Origin: Amphiscolops sp. MND2022
Lineage: Eukaryota
Direction: 5' to 3'
Assembly: GCA_964187785.1 (NCBI GenBank)
Contig: OZ076415.1
Location: 48,794,001 to 48,858,000 of the forward strand
Length of the DNA stretch: 64,000 nt
Every line of letters begins with the position of its first letter. Within the stretch, counting starts at the first letter, position 1. The notes beneath the pieces are model-generated. The model did not search any database. It was given only the letters and a program-made list of their open reading frames with translations, and had not been told where the DNA came from. Positions 48,427 through 58,461 of this stretch are shown here, piece by piece. Made by a program: the position numbers and the translations under genes.

Positions 48427-49641
48427 TTATAGAGGAGATTCTTCGAATGTTGTTAGTTCAGACTCATAAAATTTCCCAAGAATCAACTGATTGTTGGCGT
48501 CCCTAATCGTATAAGTGGGAGGGTTCAGTGTTTGTACTGTGGCTATCGTGAAAACCTCCTCAGTGAACTGAATGCGGTACCCTCTATGAAAAGTCTCAAT
48601 TTTTCGTTTTATTCTCACTTGCTGGCCAATGTGAAACTTTGGCCGAAGAGGGGTATTAGTGTTTTGCAACGAAATCAAATATGGAACATCGCATTTGCGT
48701 ACTTCCTTTGGAGCTAGCTTGGTGACACGATTAACTCGGCTGTTGATGACGTCCACGAATTGTTGCAGGTTTTCTACATAAGTATCGGTGTTGTTTTCGT
48801 GCAAATACTTGAATAAAATTGCCTTCAGTGATCGAATATTGCGCTCTGCAAACGCTGACTTTGTTTCGCTGTGCGTGGAATAAATTTGGATGTCATTATC
48901 AGTGCAGTATTCTGAAAATTGTCCTGCAAACTCTCGACCTTTATCTACCCAAATTTTTTCAGGCTTCAAGAAAATTGCGCAATTTGTTGAACAGAATTTA
49001 GGCTTCAAAGGGTTTGATTTATTCTTTCCTCTGGAGTTGAGATTGTTAATAATGGATTGGAGAGCATTTTTACATTCGATGGCCGTTTTTCGTTTCAATG
49101 GCATTGCCCAAACAAACCGACTCAGGGTGTCAACTGCTACCAGGATGAAGTTTACACCATGGTTGTGTCGTGCCAACTTTTGCATGTCTGCCAAGTCAAT
49201 GGACCAAATCTCATTCAACCGGTAGCTTTGAACTTTCAATCGGAGAAAACGATTGCGCGTTTGTTTAAACTTGGAATAAGTCTCGCTGCGGTTGAGATAG
49301 TTGTCAACTTGTTTGAATGTGCATTTGGAAGTCTGTTTGAGAGCAGTTCGACTGCCAAAAGCAGACGGATTGTTGCAGGATGTGTAAAGGTTATGCAATT
49401 TGCTATGTGCAATGATTTCTTCTGTTGGCTGGACCAATCGTCTTGTCGCTGAACATTTTGTGCATAGAAAGGTTTCGTTTTTCTTGTAATCCTTCAACTG
49501 TTTTAGGCCACTGCACGCAAAGTGGACCCATCCACATACGTTGCACCAGACTGAAGGATGTTGTCGAGAACCTCGACCCAATTCCTTGGCACAATTTCCA
49601 CAAAAATATTTTGTTTTAGGTTTTCTTCTAGTTTTATACAT
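48427..49641 (-). CDS. Retroviral-like DDE integrase with N-terminal PHD-like zinc finger
   Basis: WSIDLADM (D), WVDKGREF (D), AERNIRSLK (E), and Maverick C-terminal F..G..VRI/FTEEVF/GKFYESEL motifs. N-terminal CGNC...CNVC.WVH..C...CTKC. ATG at 49641. Confidence 0.92.
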   Translation of the reverse strand: MYKTRRKPKTKYFCGNCAKELGRGSRQHPSVWCNVCGWVHFACSGLKQLKDYKKNETFLCTKCSATRRLVQPTEEIIAHSKLHNLYTSCNNPSAFGSRTALKQTSKCTFKQVDNYLNRSETYSKFKQTRNRFLRLKVQSYRLNEIWSIDLADMQKLARHNHGVNFILVAVDTLSRFVWAMPLKRKTAIECKNALQSIINNLNSRGKNKSNPLKPKFCSTNCAIFLKPEKIWVDKGREFAGQFSEYCTDNDIQIYSTHSETKSAFAERNIRSLKAILFKYLHENNTDTYVENLQQFVDVINSRVNRVTKLAPKEVRKCDVPYLISLQNTNTPLRPKFHIGQQVRIKRKIETFHRGYRIQFTEEVFTIATVQTLNPPTYTIRDANNQLILGKFYESELTTFEESPL

Positions 49642-49696
49642 ATTCCGCGGTAAGATCAACTGTCGGGAACTGAGTTAGGCGTAAAAGTGATTCTTG

Positions 49697-50368
49697 CTAA
49701 TATAAACGCAACCATTTAGCAGTTGAGGAACTTCCAATCTTTTCATCCAAATCATTTTCTTCGTGATAGTGGGCGATTTCTGATGCAACACGTTTTGCAT
49801 TTGTATTAGCGATCAGAAATTCTGGTATCCGGATTCTCCTGATCAGTTCCAAAGCATTTTCACTCAATTTCTTCGTGGTCACCTGTAGGTCATTCAAAAA
49901 ATCGAAAATTGGTATGTTTACGTCTCGGTCGTGCATAAGTAATCGACCAGAGTTTGAATCAATCGACACATCCTTGGTCTGATCAATTTTTTGCAAGATT
50001 TGTCTCGATCGCTCAACTTTGCCGCCGGAAAGTCCCGAGGAAAGCAAATCGAGCACAATCCTGTCCGTTTTCGCAAGAGTCTTAGCCTTGTCGGATATGT
50101 CTTCATCAGCAGGAGCGCTCCTTTTGGGTGGAGCTTGCAATCTCGAGTTCAAATTGATTTGCGTGCAAGTTTTTTCCGCATTTGTTTCTTGCTGTTCGCA
50201 ACTGGTTCTTTTGTCAACGTTCGGCAGGATTGCTTGTGGGAAGGATTCGCTGAGATTCGCGATGTCGGATTTTGCGATTTCTGATTTGGTAGTTTTCAAA
50301 GACAACAAGGATATGTATTCGTCCAGTGTTATCAGAACGAATTCTTTGGTGCTACTGCCCGATATCAT
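49697..50368 (-). CDS. Conserved Maverick protein of unknown function (223 aa)
   Basis: N-terminal FVLITLDEY and C-terminal IFDFL.DL / IPEFLIAN resemble the conserved ORF upstream of Maverick integrases. Intact and overlapping its neighbour. Confidence 0.6.
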   Translation of the reverse strand: MISGSSTKEFVLITLDEYISLLSLKTTKSEIAKSDIANLSESFPQAILPNVDKRTSCEQQETNAEKTCTQINLNSRLQAPPKRSAPADEDISDKAKTLAKTDRIVLDLLSSGLSGGKVERSRQILQKIDQTKDVSIDSNSGRLLMHDRDVNIPIFDFLNDLQVTTKKLSENALELIRRIRIPEFLIANTNAKRVASEIAHYHEENDLDEKIGSSSTAKWLRLY

Positions 50369-50684
50369 GGCGTTTCATCAAATGATTAAGAATTGAACGT
50401 TCTATCAGATGCAAAAGTTTTAATCCATTTTTAGATGCCAACGACTGACGTTTCTTGACAATTTTGTTACTCTTTGCACAAAGAAAGTCTATCAGGCTTG
50501 TGAATTTCTCCAATTTCTTGCGGGAAACATTTGATGCCATTTTGATTTGGCCATGAACCACATTGAAAAGACAATTGCAGAAAAACTTTATTATTTCGTT
50601 CGAGCAATGAAGTAAAAACGTTTGTTTGACCACAGGTTTCATATCAATGAACAAATCAAGCATATAAAAGTTTCGTCGACTCAT
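50352..50684 (-). CDS. Conserved small basic Maverick protein (110 aa)
   Basis: IIKFFCNCLFNVVHGQI...KKL..F..LI..L pattern, typical of the small ORF downstream of Maverick ATPases. Confidence 0.65.
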   Translation of the reverse strand: MSRRNFYMLDLFIDMKPVVKQTFLLHCSNEIIKFFCNCLFNVVHGQIKMASNVSRKKLEKFTSLIDFLCAKSNKIVKKRQSLASKNGLKLLHLIERSILNHLMKRHDIGQ

Positions 50685-51357
50685 TTTCTACAGTTTCAGT
50701 TGTTTTAGTCGTAGAAATGTAAAACACAGAAGGTTTGTTGCCTGAGCAGTCTGTAGAATATTTGAGTTTGGGGTCCACCTGTGAATCCAAGTCAATCAAC
50801 AAATGACCGAAAGGCCTTAGTGTAGCTCTTTTATATGCCTCCAATAAAAGCTGTCGATCGCCCATTTGTCTTCCCAACACGCCAATTTGTTCAATATCGC
50901 GAGGGCTCTTGAAGAGTATCATTTGCGTAACGTTCAAGTCTATAGTTTTTGAATTTTTTGCTGGTTGATAGAGGTTGTGCTTTAGTATCATCAAGTGAAT
51001 ATTGCGATGGCGTCCTGCGACAACTAAGCTCAAAAATGCTTTGTCTTCACATGCATCTTGATACAAATCATCGATTACAACCAACGTTCTCATCTTTTGC
51101 GCCTCACACTTGTCGACGGCAGACCATTGGAGACCTTGATGGAATTCAATTGATGTTCTGTCATCGGATGCCCCAAGCAATAAAGATTGATAATGATCTT
51201 GGAAGTGGTTGTAAAAATATAGGATTTTATCGAAGGATGGCTTGAAAATTTTCCGCTGATTCTGCAACATTTGCGACACGAGTTGAGTTTTCCCGCAACC
51301 TCCAGGGCCAACAATTGAAATGAAACAGTGAGGACTTGTATTAATTCTCTTATTCAT
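50656..51357 (-). CDS. A32/FtsK-HerA family genome packaging ATPase (233 aa)
   Basis: Walker A GPGGCGKT, Walker B LVVIDD, GRHRNI arginine finger and ILKHN motif. ATG at 51357 overlaps the upstream stop (ATGA). Confidence 0.93.
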   Translation of the reverse strand: MNKRINTSPHCFISIVGPGGCGKTQLVSQMLQNQRKIFKPSFDKILYFYNHFQDHYQSLLLGASDDRTSIEFHQGLQWSAVDKCEAQKMRTLVVIDDLYQDACEDKAFLSLVVAGRHRNIHLMILKHNLYQPAKNSKTIDLNVTQMILFKSPRDIEQIGVLGRQMGDRQLLLEAYKRATLRPFGHLLIDLDSQVDPKLKYSTDCSGNKPSVFYISTTKTTETVENESTKLLYA

Positions 51358-51647
51358 GCTCTTGGACTCGGAATGATGTATCCAATACAAGCTGACAGTA
51401 ATGCTAAAACGCCGGAATGATAATGAGTTTGAGAGCTGAGCGCTAAGTACCCAATACTGAATAGAACAACTGCAAAAATTATTGAGTAGTGAAAAAGAAG
51501 AATGAAAAGTGTTCTGTTGCAAGTACTTTTTCTGAAACAGCAACAATTCAATTCGAATGGCGATCTTTCCCGGTTTTGGTCGTCAAAAATAACGGCTCCA
51601 ACATCCAGTGCATCAGCAAAATCCCCTTCGCTGGTTGCTTTTGTCAT
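51354..51647 (-). CDS. Small two-helix membrane protein (97 aa)
   Basis: CCC cluster, hydrophobic segments TLFILLFHYSIIFAVVLFSIGYL and GVLALLSACIGYII, C-terminal PSP. ATGA overlaps at both ends. Confidence 0.7.
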   Translation of the reverse strand: MTKATSEGDFADALDVGAVIFDDQNRERSPFELNCCCFRKSTCNRTLFILLFHYSIIFAVVLFSIGYLALSSQTHYHSGVLALLSACIGYIIPSPRA

Positions 51648-51895
51648 TGTTCTTGGAAAAAGTTTATATGATAGGGATTAATGTTTAAAACAAAGTTGAT
51701 AACTTGGTACAGCCTTTGCAAGTCGGTCAAATTTAAATGAATCCGATTCAAAGTCTGTCGACTTTTTGTACTCGGAATGTTCGACTGCTCTATGCAAACA
51801 AGAAGCGTTTTTGGAGTCAAGCGAGCTGAAAAATTGGTAGTGGGAGAGATGGGAAGTGAAATTGAAGTTTCAACGTAAGAGCGCACGACTGACAT
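51644..51895 (-). CDS. Small 83-aa protein, possibly PC4-like ssDNA-binding fold
   Basis: ATG-started and coupled by an ATGA overlap. Beta-rich N-terminus then RIHLNLTDLQRL helix. The fold is a guess. Confidence 0.45.
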   Translation of the reverse strand: MSVVRSYVETSISLPISPTTNFSARLTPKTLLVCIEQSNIPSTKSRQTLNRIHLNLTDLQRLYQVINFVLNINPYHINFFQEQ

Positions 51896-51922
51896 CTGAG
51901 CAAGCTGGATCGGTAATGAACG

Positions 51923-52339
51923 TCAAAGCAAAAACTTCTCGTATTCCGTAGTCCTGTATATCTTCATATGCAGCCAATAAGCTAATCCTGTAAAGTGTCC
52001 GAGTAACATATTGTTCGTGAAAATTGGTTTATGAGATAATGCATATACATAACCCGGACCCAGATCGAAATTGCTTTTCATGAAACCGAACGCATCGTGA
52101 AATATTGCATGAAGTCGGAAGATTTTGAAATGTTTGAAATATTTGTCCAATATACTATTTCCGGGACCTATTAGACCGCCAAATTCTGCCATGTCATTAA
52201 TGTCCCACAAATTGACATCTTTATCAATACAGTAGCAAACTGCCAGGAATGCGTTTTTTCTCAGTGTATTTCTTGGAAAAAGGTAACTAACTTCGCCCAA
52301 AGCAGTTTGCAAATCACTAGCGGAAAAAATAATTTGCAT
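51923..52339 (-). CDS. Phospholipase A2-like protein (parvoviral VP1u/adintovirus PLA2-type)
   Basis: LIGPGNS Ca-binding loop followed by LHAIFHDAFG with the His-Asp dyad. Confidence 0.65.
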   Translation of the reverse strand: MQIIFSASDLQTALGEVSYLFPRNTLRKNAFLAVCYCIDKDVNLWDINDMAEFGGLIGPGNSILDKYFKHFKIFRLHAIFHDAFGFMKSNFDLGPGYVYALSHKPIFTNNMLLGHFTGLAYWLHMKIYRTTEYEKFLL

Positions 52340-52404
52340 TTTGAAAGATTTATTTCATCCAAATTAAAGCAACTGTTTCTCAACAGAAATTTTTGATAAA
52401 TGGT

Positions 52405-53280
52405 TTAGGGAAATTGTGAATTCTCATCAATGAATGTGAACAAATCAGTGGTGTAGTTTATGTTCACTTTTTCCTCGACATTATCAGTTTCCGAGTTTTG
52501 ACCTTCAACACATTCAATGCATTGGCATTGAGCATCTGAAAATCCCAAATCCACTGACAGAACATTGTTGTGATGCGAAGCGTGGATTGTCCCAAAGCCT
52601 CGCTCAAGCAGCTCTATAAAGTCCAGCACACTGTCTTTGAATACCGTTTGGGACCTCTGCAGCTCAACTAATCTTTGGCTTAGAAAAAAAAGTTTTTCAG
52701 AGTCTTCTCTATCATTGAATGGAGTGTAGCAGCTCCGTTGCAGCTCCCAAATCAAGTTGAAATTGCATCCCAAATCAGGGGTTGGTTTCGAATTCAAAAT
52801 TTTTTCCAGTTTCTTCCCGTGAATGAATAAATTGTTTCCGCTAAGACGGGCCTCAGTTAGGAGACAATTCTCTGGGTAGGAAATTTTGAATAACTTTACT
52901 TGACTATTCGTCACTTTCAATGTCTTCTGGTTGCCCAGATATTGGGCACCCAATGTTTCTTTAATGAACTTCTCTGCGCCCACGAATGACTTGATGTATA
53001 GGAGAATATGGAAATGCTCTCCCTGGATAGTTGAACAAAGATCTGCTTCCGTTTGCTCAGCTACTCCATGGCGTCTGATGCTGTACTCGCAGTGAGTGTT
53101 TTTCAGGAGTTTCTTAATAAATCGGCAAAGATTTTCTGGAAATCTGTTTTGAAGCTCATCTGCAGGTTTGCATTTTTTATAGGGTGGCGATTCCTGATGA
53201 TTACTAGCCAACCTTTCTTCTTCAGTGAAGAAAACCAAGTAATAGAAATGAGGAGGAATTTCGCGTAAGACACTTGACAT
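52405..53280 (-). CDS. 291-aa protein with HUH-like motif, function unknown
   Basis: Intact ORF from ATG 53280. FYYLVFF strand and QGEHFHILLY motif. Confidence 0.6.
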   Translation of the reverse strand: MSSVLREIPPHFYYLVFFTEEERLASNHQESPPYKKCKPADELQNRFPENLCRFIKKLLKNTHCEYSIRRHGVAEQTEADLCSTIQGEHFHILLYIKSFVGAEKFIKETLGAQYLGNQKTLKVTNSQVKLFKISYPENCLLTEARLSGNNLFIHGKKLEKILNSKPTPDLGCNFNLIWELQRSCYTPFNDREDSEKLFFLSQRLVELQRSQTVFKDSVLDFIELLERGFGTIHASHHNNVLSVDLGFSDAQCQCIECVEGQNSETDNVEEKVNINYTTDLFTFIDENSQFP

Positions 53281-53640
53281 GATGGAGCTGAGGAACCAAA
53301 TGGCGTTCAATTTGGAAGGAAAATGGTTCGGATATCTTATCTCGGTTATGTAACTTTTCCTTTAAAATGGAGTTTTCCGTCCAAAACCGAAGCTGTTCCT
53401 AGCACAGTGTAACAGCGTGTTTTGGTTGTCGCTAACCGGTATTTTTCTGAGGTAATCCAAATTCTGTGCTAGGAACTTTCAGCAACAGTCAATTTGGCAA
53501 AATGGTCAAATTTCGGCAAATTGGTTAAATTTACAGCTCCCTTTATATTACTGGGTATCGCTTCTGACACCTTATATGGTAAGTTTCACATTCACCTTCG
53601 TTTTGATTTCAGTTCAAGGTTATAATAATAATAAAAGATC

Positions 53641-53828
53641 TAATATAGATACTTTCTGTGTGCCAAATGTCAACCACTGTCAACGTTAAACTTGGTTAGT
53701 CCATTGTGTACTCGGTTGTCATATAGCTGTCACTCTCAGCTGATAATTCTAGCTACCAACTTTTCATGTTAGCAAAAGTTGCAAAGGATTCAAAATCTAC
53801 CTAAACCCCCCCCCCTTTACTCACTACT
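53641..53828 (-). repeat. Maverick right terminal inverted repeat
   Basis: Ends ...ctttactcactact followed by TSD ggtgga. Confidence 0.95.
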
Positions 53829-56800
53829 GGTGGACCCTTTGGGGTTTTTTTCAACATCCTTTCTGTCGCAAAACATCAAAAAAGTGAAGGGGGGCCCTTT
53901 GGGGATTTTTTGCGAAAAAAAAATCTCAGTGCCGAAAAAAACTGAAAGGGGGCCCTTTAGTTTCTCCCGGTATTGTGTGTTATACGGAAAAAGAGGAAAA
54001 ACCTTTTTGGTTCAGTTCGCTAGGCAAATGATACAGTTAGGGACCATAAAATTTGGTAGAACTTTTAAGAACTATTTTGGTCAGATTGTGTGGACTGAAA
54101 AAAAAGAGTCACTATAATAGTCGCGTTTCACTTCATGAAGCGCCGACTAAAAACTCAAACAATTAGTGAAAACTTATTCATGTAAACTGAACAGTATTTA
54201 GATTACATAATTGTTTCTTCCCTGGCAAAGATGGTACATAATTGTGTTTCTTCCCTGGCAAAGGTGGTCAATTAGCCTTCTTTCCTTTGCTATGTACTTT
54301 CAAAAATGAACGAAAAGTTGTTGATTCAGCCAAAAGTTGCACAATTAAAAGTAGCAACATTTTTGTATTCCAGCCACAAGTGTCTTGCTGAAGATGTCTT
54401 CTTGTTTTCATCGGAATCCAACTATTTTCAGATGAAAAGGGAGTGCTTATTTGGAAAAAACTTGTATGTTGAAATGAGGAATCTTGAGGCAAGAGAAAGG
54501 TCGAATATCCAATAAGGTGACAATTGTCTGAAGTTTTTCGACAAATTATCCATACTCAGGAAGGATTTCACGTCAGCACAAACTCAGAAAAAGCAGACAG
54601 AGAAAATTAGTTCAATTTTCAGTAGCTTTTTACTAAGGTCTCAGATGAAAGGCCACACCGGACGGCCTAGTGGTTAGGCCTGATTGGTCCAGTTGTGGTC
54701 AGAGGAAAGATATGAGTCATGGTGCAGTCTCCAGATACATATTGACCGAGTTTGACAGATTTTCATTATCAATGATTACATTAGGCAAGATGAAAAAATC
54801 AATGCCTTTTTGTTGTAGGCGTCTTCAGATTTTTTTCAACTTTCTTACCGAAATCTTTTTTGAAGCGTGATGTTCTCATACCTCTCCACATGTTTTGCAT
54901 CAAACAAATCATTGTAACCCCTAAGATTCCAGAAAACGAAATCAGCTACACATTTTTTGTCACCAGTAAGGAAAATTTTGTTTTAAAACCATATAACAAC
55001 TATTTTCAAAACCGATCATTTGGCAACATTTCTGATTTCAACCAAATATACAAAATCAGCTATTCAAATACGGTTCGAAAAAACGATTTTCAATCGCAAA
55101 TCGTACAATATTCAACGATTCAGCCAGACTTTAAAGAACGGTAATTGGTCCCATTTTTATCAGCAAACATGCGCAGAAGCCCACTTCACTGTTTTTAGTT
55201 CAAAGTAGAAAAAGCTTTGAAAAACATGTTTCCCTAACCACCGTGTACATACAGAATAACAAAAGTAAACTCGAACGCAAAAAACTTGAATACAATCGGT
55301 TCCACCGAAAAAAACATAAGCGAAGTAGAAAGGTGATGTGGCATATAAACTCTATGAGAAATAACTGGAGTCATTCGTTGTAGCAGATGAGCTGAATTTG
55401 AGACGGCAATTACTTGAAAAATCGAAATACAGAAAAAAATGAAAATTCATCACTGAACTACGTGGTATCGATAAATCAACAACACTCTCGAGTCTCAAAA
55501 ACTCATTTGGAGAAGTCTTAAATTCTCTCCCGAGCCTTTTATATTTCCTAAACTATCGTTTCTCTAACCTCGGCATGTTTTGAGAATGAGGACGCTCAAA
55601 TGCTAATAACATAGAAACCTAAAGTGTTAGAAAAGTCTTCTCTTTCGGGTACAACACTAATAAGGACAGTTCTGAGGCCTTGAGGAACCTAAACGGAAAC
55701 AAACTTCCGATTCGATCCAATTTACCCGCGCGGCATTGAAAGACGAAGCGCCGGTTCTAGCTAAACAATTTGTTGTTCATTTTTCGTTTTTCTCAGAAGC
55801 AAAAATCTTAGTTTTTCTTCATTACTGTCGCCAATAGATACTAGATGCTGGAAAAAACTTTTTAAAAATTTTCGTTTGGGGCTTAGGGTAAACGGGAGTT
55901 TCTTTGTCTGGTGATGGGGCCTAAGAAGTAAGAGTTAGAGGGTTCAATTGCCTTGCTAGACCAAAACCTTTCAATCCTTAAAAAAGTACCGGAAAGTCCA
56001 AAGAGTCTCCCTATTCCCTATGGGGTTGTCAAGCGATGTGCATTTTTCGAAAGGAAAATTTTTTGATTTCCAGGGAGGGGAACGCGGAAGCAGTTCAGGA
56101 GAAAAGTCGAGTGTTTTGGCGCTGCGACTCGATTGCGGAAAGTTTTATGAATCGTTTTCAGTTAGAAACACGTTTTCGAGCCAGGAAGGTCACTTCTTTC
56201 GTTCATGTCGGCAGTTTGTGAGTTATGTTTCGAATCAACATTTTCGAAGCAAAATCACAAATTTGGGTTTTTAATGTTTTGAGTAAATAAACTCACTCCC
56301 GAAAAAGTCACTTTTGTTTCAAATTTTATCGAAATTGCTGAACCCAAAGTTTGAAATGAACCATAATGCTCGGAGATTTTAATTTCAGTCAAACATGTTG
56401 TGGTTAAGCCCTTGTGCCTTGCATTGTGTCGAATTGAATTTAACTTCTCTAACTCACCATTTTCGGGCCTTGAGCAAATCCTTATTTCCATGCTTGGGGG
56501 TATGCTCAAGACAAAACACAGTTCTTGAAAGCAACAGAAATGAAAAGAGCAACAGCGTTGAGACCTTTGTGAACTTGAACCACGCATCTCGTTGAAAACA
56601 CAGCTTCAAGCTGACCCACTACTACTAAACTACAAAGCTGCAAATATGGTACCAAACGTTGCAATCAGAAGTGATGATCCCAAAAAGGTATCGACTTAGC
56701 AAAGCGTAAATGCTTGTTCGGCGTCAACGCAGCAAAACTAACAAAGATCTTTTTCTTTGCAAGTTTTGACTGTTTTCTGCTATTGGATTGCAGTCTTTGA

Positions 56801-58461
56801 TTATTTTGTGTGCAATAGTTTCCACAGAGATGTTGTGCTGGGTACTTGTAGGTGGCACGGTATTTTTTCTGCTTTGGGCTCTAATAGCCATCAACTTCAA
56901 TGATCAATATTAAAAACAACTGAAAGGACTATATAATCCTGTTAAATTTATGGCGCGCATTTAGTCACTGTACCGTTTTTCGATTAAGAATACAACATAT
57001 GACGTTTCGCATTATTACATGAATGTATTTCTTTATGTTCAAATAATACTGGTTCGCTTCAACTCAATAAAAGCGCTGTCTTGCTGTTACGAGAACTAGA
57101 CTAGCTGAAGACTTGGAGCAGCGCTGTCTCACTGCTACCAAAATTGGCTACTAAAAGCGGTCGATAAAAATCTGAAAAAAACTCAACATTTACGCTTCTA
57201 TATTTTAGCTCGAGTAGATATAAGTTAATGTTTTGTGTTCGAGAACTGTGGATACTATCCCCCACCCCCGCTCAAATAGCAAAATTTGCCCAGTCAAAAC
57301 TTTTCAGAAACTATTCAAAAATTCCATAACATTGCCTTAAAATGGGAATATTTAAGTCATTTCAAGGTCTTTTTCGGCACTTTTTACAAAAATTCCAATA
57401 TATTCTCAAATACGTATGCTACAAATCAACGCTGATGGTAGTTTAAATTGAAAGAACCTATATTATTTGAGTATAACCTTGGAACATGGCAAAATTTGGA
57501 AAAATGCGGCTGTTGGTAATTTTTTTGCCATATGGAAATACGGGCGGAAAATATTAAGATCAGATGAGAATGTTTTTCGCCTCTTGAAAATCTCCAAAAC
57601 ACCGCTGAGTGCAACTTCATGGAACTACTTTTTGGACGATTGATGAATTTGACATGTAAAAACCAAACCATTTTGTAATTTGTACGCCTCTTGGCAACAA
57701 ATGATTAATTCACTTATTCATTCATTCATTCATGAAGAACGCAAGAACAGGTCGTAAAGTCAATTCGAATCCTGGAATGAGCAGATTTACAAATACATGG
57801 AATAAAATAATTTGAAAAGCAAAAACGAATTTCCACTCCAGTGAACACTTCACATAATCACATAATTTATACATTTAACCACTGATTTTCTGGCCATTGC
57901 AAAGATCATCGTCAAAAACAGGTTCAAAGTCCACTTTATAATGGTCTGCGAAACTGTATCATGATATTAAAATGATATTTGATGATCATAAGTAACGGCA
58001 TTAACAAAAAAATTTCACTCATGGCCAAACTAAAACCTTTTATCAGAAATACAGCAAATTATTAAACCATTTTATTGATTTTTGATATATCGGAGTCATG
58101 TCATACGTGTGGAAACGAAAGGCCTATGTTACAATTAAAGCTTTGCTGCAACAGAAGCACCTTAGAGACTGATTAGTATCATGACCTGTTCATCAGCACA
58201 TTTATTTCCACACGAAGCAAATAAGTATTACAAAAACAAAAATCCTGAACCACGTCATAACAATTTAGCAACAAGTAGAGATTTTCAGTTGAGTATAAGT
58301 CACAGATTATCCAATTTGTGGTTTATGGTTTCCTTAGACCCCACGTTCAGTATACGTCTCCGTCAGGGGATTTGAATTCCTTGCAGACGAGTCCATTAGT
58401 AAGATTGCGTCCAACGTGTTATAATTTTGGTAGATTCAATCATTGTCCCTTGATGATGTTT

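Larger units (their letters stand above)
39782..53828. mobile_element. Complete Maverick/Polinton (adintovirus-like endogenous dsDNA virus), 14,047 bp
   Basis: 5'-AGTAGT...ACTACT-3' termini, ~188-bp TIRs and 6-bp TSD GGTGGA (39776-39781, 53829-53834). Full core gene set: pPolB, INT, ATPase, PRO, MCP, minor capsid. Confidence 0.97.
39478..54153 (+). repeat. HINE-like repeat (39478-39781 and 53829-54153) split by the Maverick
   Basis: Begins aacaagccagaacggcataactcggcg and ends with hairpin tagtcgcgtttca...tgaagcgccgactaaaa. Removing the Maverick restores gaaagggtggaccctttggg. Confidence 0.7.

Noticed and set aside
51358-51546. N-terminal 63-aa extension of the ATPase in the ORF track
   Set aside because: It starts at TTG and overlaps the membrane-protein ORF. 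The ATG at 51357 with an ATGA overlap is the plausible start.
40458-53310. Prokaryotic prophage or contaminant contig
   Set aside because: Eukaryotic-type TSD inside a host repeat, spliceosomal introns, retroviral-type integrase and adenain protease all indicate an integrated Maverick.
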